Source: an uncultured delta proteobacterium (GTDB taxonomy: Bacteria > Desulfobacterota > Binatia > DP-6). Taken from it: DNA of 64,000 nucleotides. A program made the position numbers and the translations under genes. Of this stretch, positions 46,387 to 56,878 are shown one piece after another (positions within the stretch are counted from its first letter, which is position 1; each line of letters starts with the position of its first letter). The stretch covers positions 64,001 to 128,000 of the forward strand of contig CAWFFN010000009.1 of the NCBI GenBank assembly GCA_963815115.1, written 5' to 3'. The notes beneath the pieces are model-generated. The model was not told the origin of the DNA. It saw only the letters and a program-made list of their open reading frames with translations, and did no database searches.

Positions 46387-47971
46387 TCACGGCTGCGCGC
46401 CTGGCGGCTCGGCGTCCGTCATGAGCGGCTGGAACGACCCGGCCGGAGCAGCGTAGAGCTCCGCCCAGTCGAGCTCCTCTTCCAGGCGGTGAAACGCCTC
46501 GTCGCCGATCGCGCCCTCCTCGCGGAGCCGTAGCAGCGTCAGCCGCTGGGCCGTGATCGCGCGCAGGCGGAGCCGGTCGTGCTCGGTCGCACCCTGCGGC
46601 TCGTCCGGGTTCGCCGCCACGTCGCGCGCGGCAAGGTATCCCTCGCGGACGGCCGCCGCGGCGGTCGAGCGCTCTTCGGCGAGCGCCTCGACCGCTGCCT
46701 GGATGATGCCGAGACGCCCGCGCGAGATCTCCTGCCCCACTCCACCGTCCGCCTCGAAGCCGAGGCGGTCGAGCAGCGGCTGGAGCGTGAAGCCCTGGAT
46801 GACCAGCGTCCCCAGCACCACGCAGAACGCGGAGAGGACGATGAGGTCGCGGCCAGGAAACCCCGCGGGCAACGCGAACGCGGTCGCGAGCGTGACGAGG
46901 CCGCGCATCCCGCACCAGGAGACGAGCACGCCGCCCGCCACCGTCGGCGGCGTCGCTCCCGACGTCATCGTCACCCCGAACCAGCGGTTCGTCAGACGCC
47001 CCACCGCGACGTAGGCCATCAGGTACGCGATGCGGACGACGATCACGGTCGCGAGAACGGCGCCGCTCACGACGAGGGCGTGCGACAGGCTCTCGCGCGA
47101 GAGGCGGCTCAGGATGGATCGCGCCTGCAGGCCCATGATCACGAACGCGAGCACGTTCAGCACGAACACGGCCGTCTCCCAGACCGAGTACGTGCTGACA
47201 GCGGTTGCGCGCGGACCCCCGGCGCGAGGCTTCCTGTGAGAGCGTCATGCCGTAGGCCACCATGGTGATGATCGGCGACAGGTTCGCGCGCGCGGCGAGC
47301 AGCCAGACGCCGAACGTCCCGACGAACGAGAGCACCGTGAAGCTCGCGGCGTCGCGCACGCGTGCCGTGCCGAGCAGGTACAGCCGGGCGAGGAGCCATC
47401 CCGCGATCGGGCTTCCCACCGCCATCAGCGCAACCAGCGGCCCGGCGTCTCCGAGCGTGACCGTGCCGACGGCGGCGCCGACCGCGATGCGATAGACCAC
47501 GAGGGCCGTCGCGTCGTTCAGGAGGCTCTCTCCTCGGAGCACGTGCAGGATCCGCCGCGGCAGGCGCAGCCTTCCGAGAACCGCCGCGGCCGCCCCGGCA
47601 TCCGGCGGGGCGACGATGGCGCCGAGCGCGACTGCGGCGGCGATCGGAAGGCCTCCCAGCCTCCAGCCCACCCACGCAACGGCCGCGGTGGTGAGCCCGA
47701 CGGCAACGACCACGAGGGACGCGAGCGGGATGGCGTTCCGCCGGAGGTCGCGGGGCGACGTGTCGAATGCCGCGTCCAGCAGGACGGGCGCGACGAAGAG
47801 CGCGAGCGCCAGGTCGGGCTCGATCGCGAGCTCGGGGCCCGCGGGAACGAAGGCAAGCGCGGCGCCGGCGATCGCGAGGAGCGAGGGATAGGGCACGCCG
47901 ACACGCCGCGCGACACCGGTAAGGATCACCGCTCCGAGGAGGAGTGCCAGCGTCCATTCGAAGAGTGCCAT
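46387..47971 (-). pseudogene. CPA1 Na+/H+ antiporter with a 1-nt insertion near 47200
   Basis: GAIVAPPD and GESLLNDA in frame 1. After NR the gene resumes as STYSVWETAVFVLN..WCGMRGLVTLA in frame 2. Confidence 0.8.
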
Positions 47972-48100
47972 GTCCGGAGTCTAGAGTGTCGGCCGTACCC
48001 GGGGGAACCCGCGACGCGCGATCCGCCACCGGCGCGCTCCGCGGCAGCGACGGCGTCGGGTTGACCTCTGCCGCATCGACCGTGCTCTACTGCGACCGTC

Positions 48101-49702
48101 ATGTGGCGTTCGGCCCGTCTGTCGTACCTCCTCCTGCTGGTGCTGGCCGCTCCTGCGGCGGCGGCGCGGGATCGCATCGGCGAATGCAGCGTGCGAAAGC
48201 TCGCCGTGGCGAGCGCCGACACCCGGTGCCGGCTCGCCGAGCAGGTCCGCGCGCTGCGGAAGCACCGCGACCCGGTCTTCACGCGATGTGATGCGCGACT
48301 CGCGGCCAAGTACGCACGGGTCGAGCGCGCGCTGGGCGCAGCGTGTCCGATGCTCGGCGACGTCGGGGTCGTGCGGGCGGCCGCGCAGCGCTTCGTCGAC
48401 GGTCTCGCAGTCACCGCGCAGGGCGGGCTCCATTGCTCCGACGACCTCGGGCGGCTGGAGCTGGGGGCGCCGCCGTCCCGTCCGGTGCCCGCCGCCTCGA
48501 AGCCGGTCGGATCGGACGGTGTGATCCAGCTCGCCGAGGGGATCTACATGGCCCCCGGCTTCGGCAACACGTTCATGGTCGTGACGCCGGAAGGCAACGT
48601 CATCATCGACACGTCGCTCTCGCTGTTCGCGCCGATGCACGTCACATCCCTGCGGGCCATCGACGCCGGCCCGATTCGCTACATCATCCTCACGCACGGT
48701 CACGAGGATCACACGGGCGGCGTGGCGATGTGGCGGGAGGACGGCACGCAGGTGATCGCGCAGCGCGAGCAAGCGGAGCTGCTGCACTACCAGAACCGGC
48801 TCCGCGGCGTCCTCAGACACCGCAGCTTCGAGCAGTTCTCGCTGCTGCTGGGACTCCCCGCGATCCCGTTCTCGCTCCCGGACGCTCCGGTCGACGACTA
48901 CGGAGGCGAGGTCTTCGCCACCACGACCTTCGAGACCTTCTGCGAGTTCCGTCTCGGCGGCCTCACGTTCCAGCTCGTGCACACGCCGGGCGAGACGTCC
49001 GACCACCTGTCGGTCTGGATCCCGGAGTACCGCATCGCCTTCTCCGGCGACAACATCTACGGATCGTTCCCGAACATGTACACCCTTCGCGGCACCAAGC
49101 CGCGCTGGGCGCTCGACTACGTCGAGTCGCTCGACCGCGTCCAGTCGTGGAACCCCGAGATCCTCGCTCCCAGCCACGAGAATCCGATCTACGGCGCCGG
49201 AACCATCCGCGAGCGGATCCATCGCTATCGCGATGCCATCCTCTACGTGCACGACGAGACCGTCCGCGGCATGAATGCGGGCACTGACGTGTACACCCTG
49301 ATGAACACCATCAAGCTGCCCCCGGAGCTCGACCTGGGCGAGGGCTACGGGGCCGTGGCCTGGACCGTGCGTGGCATCTACGAGGGGTATCTCGGCTGGT
49401 TCGACGAGGATACGGCCACGATGTACCCGGTCGCGCCACAGACGACCTATCGCGAGCTGGTGACCCTGCTCGGCGCCCCGGAGCCGATCCTCGAGCGAGC
49501 CGCCGCACTGGTCACCACCGGCAGCCACGCCGAGGCCCTGCGTCTTACCGACGTCGTGCTCGCGAGCGATCCGGGGAACCGGAGCGCGCTCGAGACGCGG
49601 CTGACGGCGGTCGAGGCGCTGCTGGCGGCGAGCACCAATATCAACGAGAAAGGCTGGCTGAACGGCGCGAGCCGGGCGCTCAGGGCGCAGCTCGCTCGCT
49701 GA
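48101..49702 (+). CDS. Secreted alkyl/aryl-sulfatase (MBL fold, SdsA-like)
   Basis: THGHEDH, TPGET.DH, GDNIY.SFPN.YTLRGT..R, PSH, YG..W.VR.IY..YLGWFD. Confidence 0.88.
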   Translation: MWRSARLSYLLLLVLAAPAAAARDRIGECSVRKLAVASADTRCRLAEQVRALRKHRDPVFTRCDARLAAKYARVERALGAACPMLGDVGVVRAAAQRFVDGLAVTAQGGLHCSDDLGRLELGAPPSRPVPAASKPVGSDGVIQLAEGIYMAPGFGNTFMVVTPEGNVIIDTSLSLFAPMHVTSLRAIDAGPIRYIILTHGHEDHTGGVAMWREDGTQVIAQREQAELLHYQNRLRGVLRHRSFEQFSLLLGLPAIPFSLPDAPVDDYGGEVFATTTFETFCEFRLGGLTFQLVHTPGETSDHLSVWIPEYRIAFSGDNIYGSFPNMYTLRGTKPRWALDYVESLDRVQSWNPEILAPSHENPIYGAGTIRERIHRYRDAILYVHDETVRGMNAGTDVYTLMNTIKLPPELDLGEGYGAVAWTVRGIYEGYLGWFDEDTATMYPVAPQTTYRELVTLLGAPEPILERAAALVTTGSHAEALRLTDVVLASDPGNRSALETRLTAVEALLAASTNINEKGWLNGASRALRAQLAR

Positions 49703-50026
49703 CGCCCGCTCGCCGGAAGGCGACGAGTGTCACCCCCGAGCGGTGGGACTCGACCGGTCGTTCGATTTCACAAGCTCCGCAGGCGTGACGGCCTCACGGC
49801 GCGTCCCCGCGCCGACCTTCGGCCTCAGTGGCCCCTCGCGAGCCAGCGGGGGAGGACCATTCGCTCCCGGCTGAAGCATTGCTACGTCTATTCAAGAATG
49901 CGGACATCGGGACAAGCTGCTTGCAAGGTCTCACTTTCCCTTGTGACGGCTATCAATCGTCAGTTATCTTCAAAACCAGAATCCCGAGGTCAGGCGCTCC
50001 TGCGCACTCTGGAAGGAGTGGAACAC

Positions 50027-53000
50027 ATGCGGTTCTCGGCGTCGTCGATCCTTCTCGCGACCCTGCTGGCGTCCTCGGCGTATGGAACCACGCCCGACGG
50101 GGACGGCGACTGCGGCGGCGTCGCGCAGCGCGCGTGCTGCGTGCTGGAGACCGACCCGGCGGGGTGCGACAGCGGCAACCGCGAGGTGCTGACCGTCGGC
50201 GACAAGTGTCCCGGCGGCGTCCTCAACGCGGGCTTCTGCATCAAGGACACGTCGGATCCGAACGAGCACGTCCACTGCGGCGGCGACGGGCAGCGGGCCT
50301 GCTGCACGACCGAAGGCAGCCCGTCGTGCGACACCGGCAACATCGAGATCGCCAGCACCGGCGGGACGTGCCCCGGCTCGTTCTCGGGCTCGGCCGGTCA
50401 ATGCGTCGCGATCACCGCCTGCGGCGGCCCCGGCCAGCGCGCCTGCTGCAACGGCCTGAGCGAGTTCAGCAATCGCGGCGGCGCGTGCAACACCGGCGCC
50501 GCGCCGGTCGTTGGCTGCGTGGGGAACTGCTACTGCGGCGGGATCGGGACGGGTCAGGTCGCCGTGCACACGTGCGTGGCGTACCAGACCGCCTGCGGCG
50601 GCGACGGGCAGCGCGCCTGCTGCGTCATCGAGCGCGCCGCTCCCTGTGACGACCCGTTGACCCAGATCCCGGGGACCACCGGGGACGTCACCTGCAGCGA
50701 CGGCATCACGACCGCGACGGCGCTCGGGACCTGCGTCTCGTCGGCGGCGGGGCCGATCGCCGAGCCGGATCCGGGCTGGACACCGCCGGCAGCCCCGCGC
50801 GGCGGACCGCTGCGCGGCTACGCCGACCTGCACGTGCACCTGCTCTCCCACCTCGCCCACGGCGGCAGCGTGTTCGCCGGCCACCCGGCGCCGATCGGCG
50901 ACGACGGGAAGTTCGTCCTGGACGCCGGGCACAACATCAACACCGCGCTCTCGCCGGCCCTGGACCTCCTCATCCACGGCGGACCGCTCCACCTCCCCGG
51001 TGAGGACACGGTCGGATTCGGGACGAACGACGGTGCCGCCTCGAACTTCGGCGCGCCCTACTTCAACGGCTGGCCGATCTGGAACAGCACCACGCACCAG
51101 CAGGTCTACTACAAGTGGCTCGAGCGCGCGTGGCGCGGCGGCCTGCGGCTCATGACCATGCTCGCGGTGACCAACGAGGCGCTCTGCCGCACCAGCAACG
51201 CTGCGCGGCAGCGACTGCGCAGAACGGGATGGGGTCGATCGACGCAGCAGCTCGAGAGGCGTGCTCGCTTCGAGCGCTTCATCGACGAGCTGAGCGGGCG
51301 GCCCCGGGCAACGGCTGGTTCCGCATCGTCACGCACGCCGGCAGCAGGCGCGCACCGTGATCGCGGAACGGCAAGCTCGCAGTCGTCCTCGGCATCGAGA
51401 TCGACAACCTCTTCAACTGCAAGTTCGACGAGCCGGCTGATCCCGCGCCGGGCACAGTGCACGACCGGTCGGGGCGCGCCGTCGTCGACGAGATACTACG
51501 CGAAAGGGCGTGCGCCACGTCTTCCCGGTCCACAACTTCGACAACGCCTTCGGCGCGCGCCGCCACGTGGCAGGACTCGATCGGCGTCGGCAACCGCGTG
51601 CGCCGAGCGCCGCTGGTGGGACGACCGAGAAACTGCGCGGCACGGCGCCGGCTACGGCTTCTAGCTCGGATCCGGCTTCGCCCCCACCGACGCTCCTCGG
51701 TTTCGGCGGCTGACGTCTTCGCCTGCCGCTGCTCTGCGTACCCGACGGCAATGCAACCCCGGCGATGCGAGCTGCAACACGCGCGGCCTCAGACGCCGCT
51801 CGGCAACGGCGACCTCGCTGCGATCCGCCGAGCTGATGAACGCGCGGCATGATCATCGACATCGACCACATGTCGCGCGAAGCGCGCTCGACGACACGCT
51901 CGCGATCGCGGAGGCGCGCAACCGCCGCGCCCTACCCGGTGGTGGCCACGCCACGTGCAGTTCTTCGCGCTGCACGAGCGCGAGTTCGGCGGCACGATGG
52001 CCGCCACGAGCGTATGCGGACGCCGCGCGCAGCTCGAGCGGCATCAAGGCGGGCGGCGGGATGATCGCCGCCATGCTGAAGGACGACGTCCAGGACACCG
52101 GCCAGCATCGGCAAGAAGGTCAACGCTCGGCTAACGCCCACGTCGCCGACGGTGCGCCGACGACTGCCGGACACTCCTCCAAGACGTGGGCGCAGGCGCT
52201 ACGCAGTACGCGCGTCGACGTGATGGGCGGCGCCGGTGGCCATGGGCAGCGACTTCAACGGCATCGCGGCGCACGTCGGGCCGCGCTTCGGTAGCGACGC
52301 CTGCGGCGGCGACCGGGGCGTCCAACGGCTCGGAGCGCCCGCTCCAGGAGCTGGCGCGGCAATCGCGGCTCGCGCTACCCCTTCACGATTCCCGGGCTTC
52401 GGCTCGCTTCGACCGAAGCAGACGACCGGCTTCAAGGAGGTTCGACTACAACGTCGACGGCCTGGCGCACATCGGCCTGCTGCCCGACCTGGTGGCCGAC
52501 CTGGGCAAGATCGGCCTCGACGCCGTACTGACGTCGATGCGCTGTTCTGCTCGGCGGAGAAGTACATCCGCGTCTGGGAGCGCGGCCTGGCCATCGCCGG
52601 GGGTCAGCCGGTCCCCGATCCGGACGCCGCACCGTGGCTCTGCACCAGCACCGGCCCGGTGTGCGGCAGCGGCGTGCTCGAGGCCGGTGAAGATTGCGAC
52701 GACGGCAACACCGCCGACGGCGACGGCTGCTCGGCCGTCTGCACCATCGAACAGGGCTACGCCTGCACCGGCGATCCGTCGGCATGCACGCCGATCTGCG
52801 GCGACGGGCTGGCGGTCGGCAGCGAGCGATGCGACGAGGGCGCGGCCAACGGCACGGCCACCTCCTGCTGCTCGGCGTCGTGCACGTTCGCCCCGGACGG
52901 ATCGGCCTGCGCGACGGACCAGGACCAATGCACTGACGACGTCTGCGGCAACGGAATGTGCACCCATCCATCCGTACCGCGGGCGGCCGCGTTCCTGTCG

Positions 53001-53315
53001 ATCGACTGTCGTCTGGCGGCGCTCCGCGTGACCGTGCTGTCCGACACGAGCGGGCGCATCCAGCAGACCCTCCTCAGCCAGCTCGACAAGGCGATCAAGT
53101 CGAAGGAGAAGGCGGAAGCGGCCGCGGCGGCAGGGAAGATGAACAAGGTGCGGGCGAGCTTGCGGAGCGCCGGCCGCCGGCTGATCAACTTCGGCTACCG
53201 TGTCAGCTCACTCGCCGGTCGCCACATGATCGTGCCCGCGGTGGCCGTCGACCTGCTGGCACAGCAGCACGATATCCTGACGGACATGGACGCCCTGCGC
53301 GGGGGGTTGCACTAG
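50027..53315 (+). pseudogene. Large secreted membrane-dipeptidase-like amidohydrolase with Cys-rich repeats, multiply frameshifted
   Basis: GYADLHVH, HQQVYYKWLERAW.GGLRLM, IIDIDHMS, GSDFNG and FDYNVDGLAHIGLLPD are scattered across frames. C-terminal GE.CDDGN..DGC repeats. Confidence 0.75.
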
Positions 53316-53374
53316 CCTCCGGGCCACCTCGGATCCTCCCCTCGTAGGGCGAGGCGAACTGGCGTGGAGCCTGG

Positions 53375-53640
53375 TCAGTCGAGGAACGCTCCGTTCGGCG
53401 ACCCGCCCATTGTCGTCGTGGTGCTGGAGGTCGTCGGCGTACTGGTCGTCGTGGTCCCGATCGCGGTACTTGATCTTCAGAGGCAGCACCTGGCCACGGA
53501 TCTCGCCGCTGGCGCTTGCCGGCGGAGGCCCCGTGCTGTGGATGTTGATGTACCAGCGCGCCCCGAGCGGTGGAGGCAGCGCGGCGTGGAAGGCGCCCAG
53601 GCGGTGTAGCGCTGGTCGACTTGCCCGGTCGTTCCATGTC
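53375..53640 (-). pseudogene. CHRD-domain protein remnant
   Basis: WYINIHS..GEIRGQ, then after a frameshift a Thr/Ser tract and GGSPNGAFLD-stop. Confidence 0.6.
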
Positions 53641-53651
53641 AGAAGCTGCGC

Positions 53652-55076
53652 GTGCGCGACGGCCTCGCGGCGCGGCTCCGTCGCCTTGTCGGCGACGAGG
53701 CCGTGATCGACCACCCCGACTCGCTCGCGGTGTACGAGTGCGACGGATACACGCTCGAGCGAGCGACCCCCGACATCGTCGTCCTGCCGCGAACACCCGA
53801 GCAGGTAGCGGCGGTCGTCCGGCTCCTCTGGATCGAGCAGGTGCCCTTCGTTCCGCGTGGCGCCGGTACCGGGCTCTCGGGAGGCACGCTGCCGGTGGCG
53901 GCTCCGGTCATGATCTGCACCAGCCGGCTGAATCGCATCGAGGCCATCGACCGCACCAACCGTCGCATCGTCGCCCAGGCCGGCGTGGTGAACCAGTGGG
54001 TCTCGAACGCCGTGCGCGCCGACGGGCTGCTCTATGCCCCGGACCCGTCCAGTCAGCCCGCGTGTACCATCGGGGGCAACGTGGCCGAGAACTCCGGCGG
54101 GCCGCACACGCTCAAGTACGGCGTCACCACCAACCACGTCCTCGGCGTCGAGCTCGTGCTTCCCGACGGCGAGGTCGTCGCACTCGGGGGTCCGGTGGAG
54201 GACCGGCCCGGCTACGACCTGGTCGGCCTGGTCGTCGGGTGCGAAGGGACGTTCGGCATCGTCACCCGGGCGACGTTGCGGCTGACACGCATCCCGGAGG
54301 CCCACCGGACGCTCCTCGCCGTCTTCGAATCGGTCGACGCGGCCAGCGAGGCGGTCTCCGGCATCATCGCCAGCGGCATCGTCCCGGCGGCGCTCGAGAT
54401 GATGGACGGCCTGATCCTCGGCGCCGTGGAGGATGCCTATCACATCGGCTTGCCCACCGACGCCGGAGCCGTGCTGCTCGTCGAGCTCGACGGCCCGGCG
54501 GTCGGCCTCGATCCGCAGATGGAGCGCATCGACGCCGTCTGCCGGGCGCACGGCGTGCGCGAGCTGCGGCTCGCGCGCGACGAGGCGGAGCGCGCCGCCC
54601 TCTGGAAGTGTCGCAAGCGCGCCTTCGGGGCCGTCGGCCGGCTCGCGCCCAGCTACTGCACGCAGGACGGGGTGGTGCCGCGCACCCGCGTCCCCGACAT
54701 CCTGCGAGTGATCGCCGCCGCCGGCGAGCGGCACCGGCTCCGCATCGGCAACGTCTTCCATGCCGGCGACGGCAACATCCATCCCATCCTGCTGTTCGAC
54801 GAGCGTGACCCCGACGAGGTGAAGCGGGTGCTGGCGGCGGGCCGCGAGATCCTCGAGGCGTGCATCGCGTTCGGCGGCAGCGTCACCGGCGAGCACGGCA
54901 TCGGCGTGGAGAAGATCGCCCAGATGCCGCTTCTCTTCGCACCCGACGACCTCCTCGCCATGGTGCGCCTGCGCGCCGTCTTCGATCCCGAGCAGCGCGC
55001 GAACCCGCACAAGATCTTTCCGGACGCCAAGGTGTGTGTCGAGACCAGGATGCCGCGGCGGCGGGCGGCGCTGTGA
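53652..55076 (+). CDS. glcD: Glycolate oxidase subunit GlcD (FAD-linked)
   Basis: PRGAGTGLSGG, PDPSSQ.ACTIGGNVAENSGG.H.LKYG, HAGDGN.HP, GEHGIG. Confidence 0.92.
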   Translation: MRDGLAARLRRLVGDEAVIDHPDSLAVYECDGYTLERATPDIVVLPRTPEQVAAVVRLLWIEQVPFVPRGAGTGLSGGTLPVAAPVMICTSRLNRIEAIDRTNRRIVAQAGVVNQWVSNAVRADGLLYAPDPSSQPACTIGGNVAENSGGPHTLKYGVTTNHVLGVELVLPDGEVVALGGPVEDRPGYDLVGLVVGCEGTFGIVTRATLRLTRIPEAHRTLLAVFESVDAASEAVSGIIASGIVPAALEMMDGLILGAVEDAYHIGLPTDAGAVLLVELDGPAVGLDPQMERIDAVCRAHGVRELRLARDEAERAALWKCRKRAFGAVGRLAPSYCTQDGVVPRTRVPDILRVIAAAGERHRLRIGNVFHAGDGNIHPILLFDERDPDEVKRVLAAGREILEACIAFGGSVTGEHGIGVEKIAQMPLLFAPDDLLAMVRLRAVFDPEQRANPHKIFPDAKVCVETRMPRRRAAL

Positions 55077-55101
55077 CGCGGTGAACGGGGGGGTGGCGCG
55101 C

Positions 55102-55623
55102 ATGCTCGACCGCCAGCTGGTGGAGCGCCTCGGCGCCGCGCGGGTGAGCTACTGCCTGATCGGACGTCTGGCGCTGGCCGAGCACGGTGTCGCGCTCCGG
55201 GAGGGCGATGCCCGGGTCGACCTGCTCACGGTGGATCCCGACGTGCTGCGGCCGCTGTTCTGGGCCGACGGGCGACAACCCGAGGTCGAACTGCGCGAGG
55301 CCGGGGACGACACCGTCGGGCGGCTGCGCTGGGCTAGCTCGCCCCCGCATGAGCTGCTGGTCGGGAGAGGGCACGCCATGGTCTTCGCCGTCGACACGGC
55401 GCATCCGAACGACCATCTCGGCTGTCGCGTGGCGACGCCCCTCGGGCTCCTGCTGGTGGCGCTCCAGCGCGCGGGGATCGGCGCGCGCACAGACATCGAG
55501 GCTTTGAGCCGCGCCCAGGAGGCGCGGCTCGGCGCGCCGTGGCGCCCTCCCGTCGAGGACCATCTCGCCTCCATGGCCCCGTCGGCCGCGGCGGCGTGGA
55601 ACCAGATCGTCCGAAAACGGTGA
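55102..55623 (+). CDS. Hypothetical protein, degenerate nucleotidyltransferase-like
   Basis: Fills the glcD-glcE gap and overlaps glcE (GTGA). YCLIGRLAL..HG...RVDLL. Confidence 0.6.
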   Translation: MLDRQLVERLGAARVSYCLIGRLALAEHGVALREGDARVDLLTVDPDVLRPLFWADGRQPEVELREAGDDTVGRLRWASSPPHELLVGRGHAMVFAVDTAHPNDHLGCRVATPLGLLLVALQRAGIGARTDIEALSRAQEARLGAPWRPPVEDHLASMAPSAAAAWNQIVRKR

Positions 55624-56876
55624 TCGACTGGGCCGAGATCGTCGGGCGCGACTTCGTCGCACCGGGGACGCTCCACGACCGGGTGGACGGCGTCGCGCCC
55701 GACTGGGTCGTCCGTCCAGGTAGCGTCGCCGAGGTCCAGGCGGCGGTGGGCACGGGCGTGGCCCTGGTCGCGTCCGGGCTCGGCGCACATCTCGACGTCG
55801 GCGCGCCGCCGCGCCGGCTCGACGTGCTCGTGCGACTCGCCCGCCTCGACCGCATCCTCGACCACCAGGCCGCGGACATGACGGTCACCGTCGAGGCGGG
55901 CTGCCCGCTCGCCACTCTCCAGGACGCGCTCGCGTCGGCCGGCCAGTGGCTGCCGCTCGATCCGCCGCGTCCACAGCGCACGACCGTGGGCGGCCTGATT
56001 GCCGCCAACCTGGATGGCCCGTTGCGCGCCTCGCAGGGCGGCGTGCGCGATCTCCTGCTCGGGCTGCACGTCGTCGGCGCCGGAGGGACGCTGGTACGGG
56101 GAGGAGGTCGGGTGGTGAAGAACGTCGCCGGCTACGATCTGCCGAAGCTCCACGTCGGCGCGCTGGGCAGCGTCGGAGTCCTCGTCCAGGCGACCTTCAA
56201 GGTCCGGCCGCGCCCGGAGCGCGAGGCGGCGGTGGTCATCGGCTGCCGCACGGGACCCGAGGCCGCCGATGCGGCGCTCGCGGTGCGCGACGCGCTCGAC
56301 CCGCTGTGGATCGAGGTGGCGGGCGCGGGCGGCCTGCCCGACGGACCCGGCGATGGAGCCGCGGTCGCCGTCGGGCTCGGTGGCCTCGGGGCGGAGGTCG
56401 AGCACGGGTGCCTGCGGGTGCGGGAGCGCGCCGCGTCCCGCGGCTGGCGCACGTTGCGAGTCGAGGATGGACGCGCGTTGCGCGCGCGGCTGGGAGAGTT
56501 CGACGTCGAACCGGCGGCCGCGTTGCTGCGCGCCGCGACGCTTCCCGGGAAGGTGGGCGCGCTGCTCGGCGCGCTGGAGGCGGCAGCCGGTCGGCGGGGC
56601 GCATCGATCCGTACTCTGGCGCATGCGGCGAACGGCGTCGTCCGCATCGCCGTGGCACGCGCCGAGGACGTGCCTTTTCTGACGCAGGAGCTCCGGCCAG
56701 GGCTCGAGGCCGACGGGGGCTCGCTGGTGCTCCACCGCGCGGGTCCCGAGGTGAAGGCGGCCGTCGACGTGTGGGGGGACCTCGGGCCGGGACGACACCT
56801 CATGCGCCGGATCAAGGAGGCGTTCGACCCTGATGGTATCTTCGCGCCGGGGCGATTCGTGGAGGGAAGGGGCTGA
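55620..56876 (+). CDS. glcE: Glycolate oxidase FAD subunit GlcE
   Basis: DMTVTVEAG, LDPP, TVGG, GGRVVKNVAGYDL.KL, FDP.GIF.PGRF. Confidence 0.88.
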   Translation: MIDWAEIVGRDFVAPGTLHDRVDGVAPDWVVRPGSVAEVQAAVGTGVALVASGLGAHLDVGAPPRRLDVLVRLARLDRILDHQAADMTVTVEAGCPLATLQDALASAGQWLPLDPPRPQRTTVGGLIAANLDGPLRASQGGVRDLLLGLHVVGAGGTLVRGGGRVVKNVAGYDLPKLHVGALGSVGVLVQATFKVRPRPEREAAVVIGCRTGPEAADAALAVRDALDPLWIEVAGAGGLPDGPGDGAAVAVGLGGLGAEVEHGCLRVRERAASRGWRTLRVEDGRALRARLGEFDVEPAAALLRAATLPGKVGALLGALEAAAGRRGASIRTLAHAANGVVRIAVARAEDVPFLTQELRPGLEADGGSLVLHRAGPEVKAAVDVWGDLGPGRHLMRRIKEAFDPDGIFAPGRFVEGRG

Positions 56877-56878
56877 CC

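Noticed and set aside
49727-49765. tRNA-like fragment (CCCCCGAGCGGTGGGACTCGACC)
   Set aside because: No cloverleaf or intact T-loop can be built on either strand.
53605-53611. Single TGTAGCG (also near 8024)
   Set aside because: Isolated heptamers without the tripartite arrangement.
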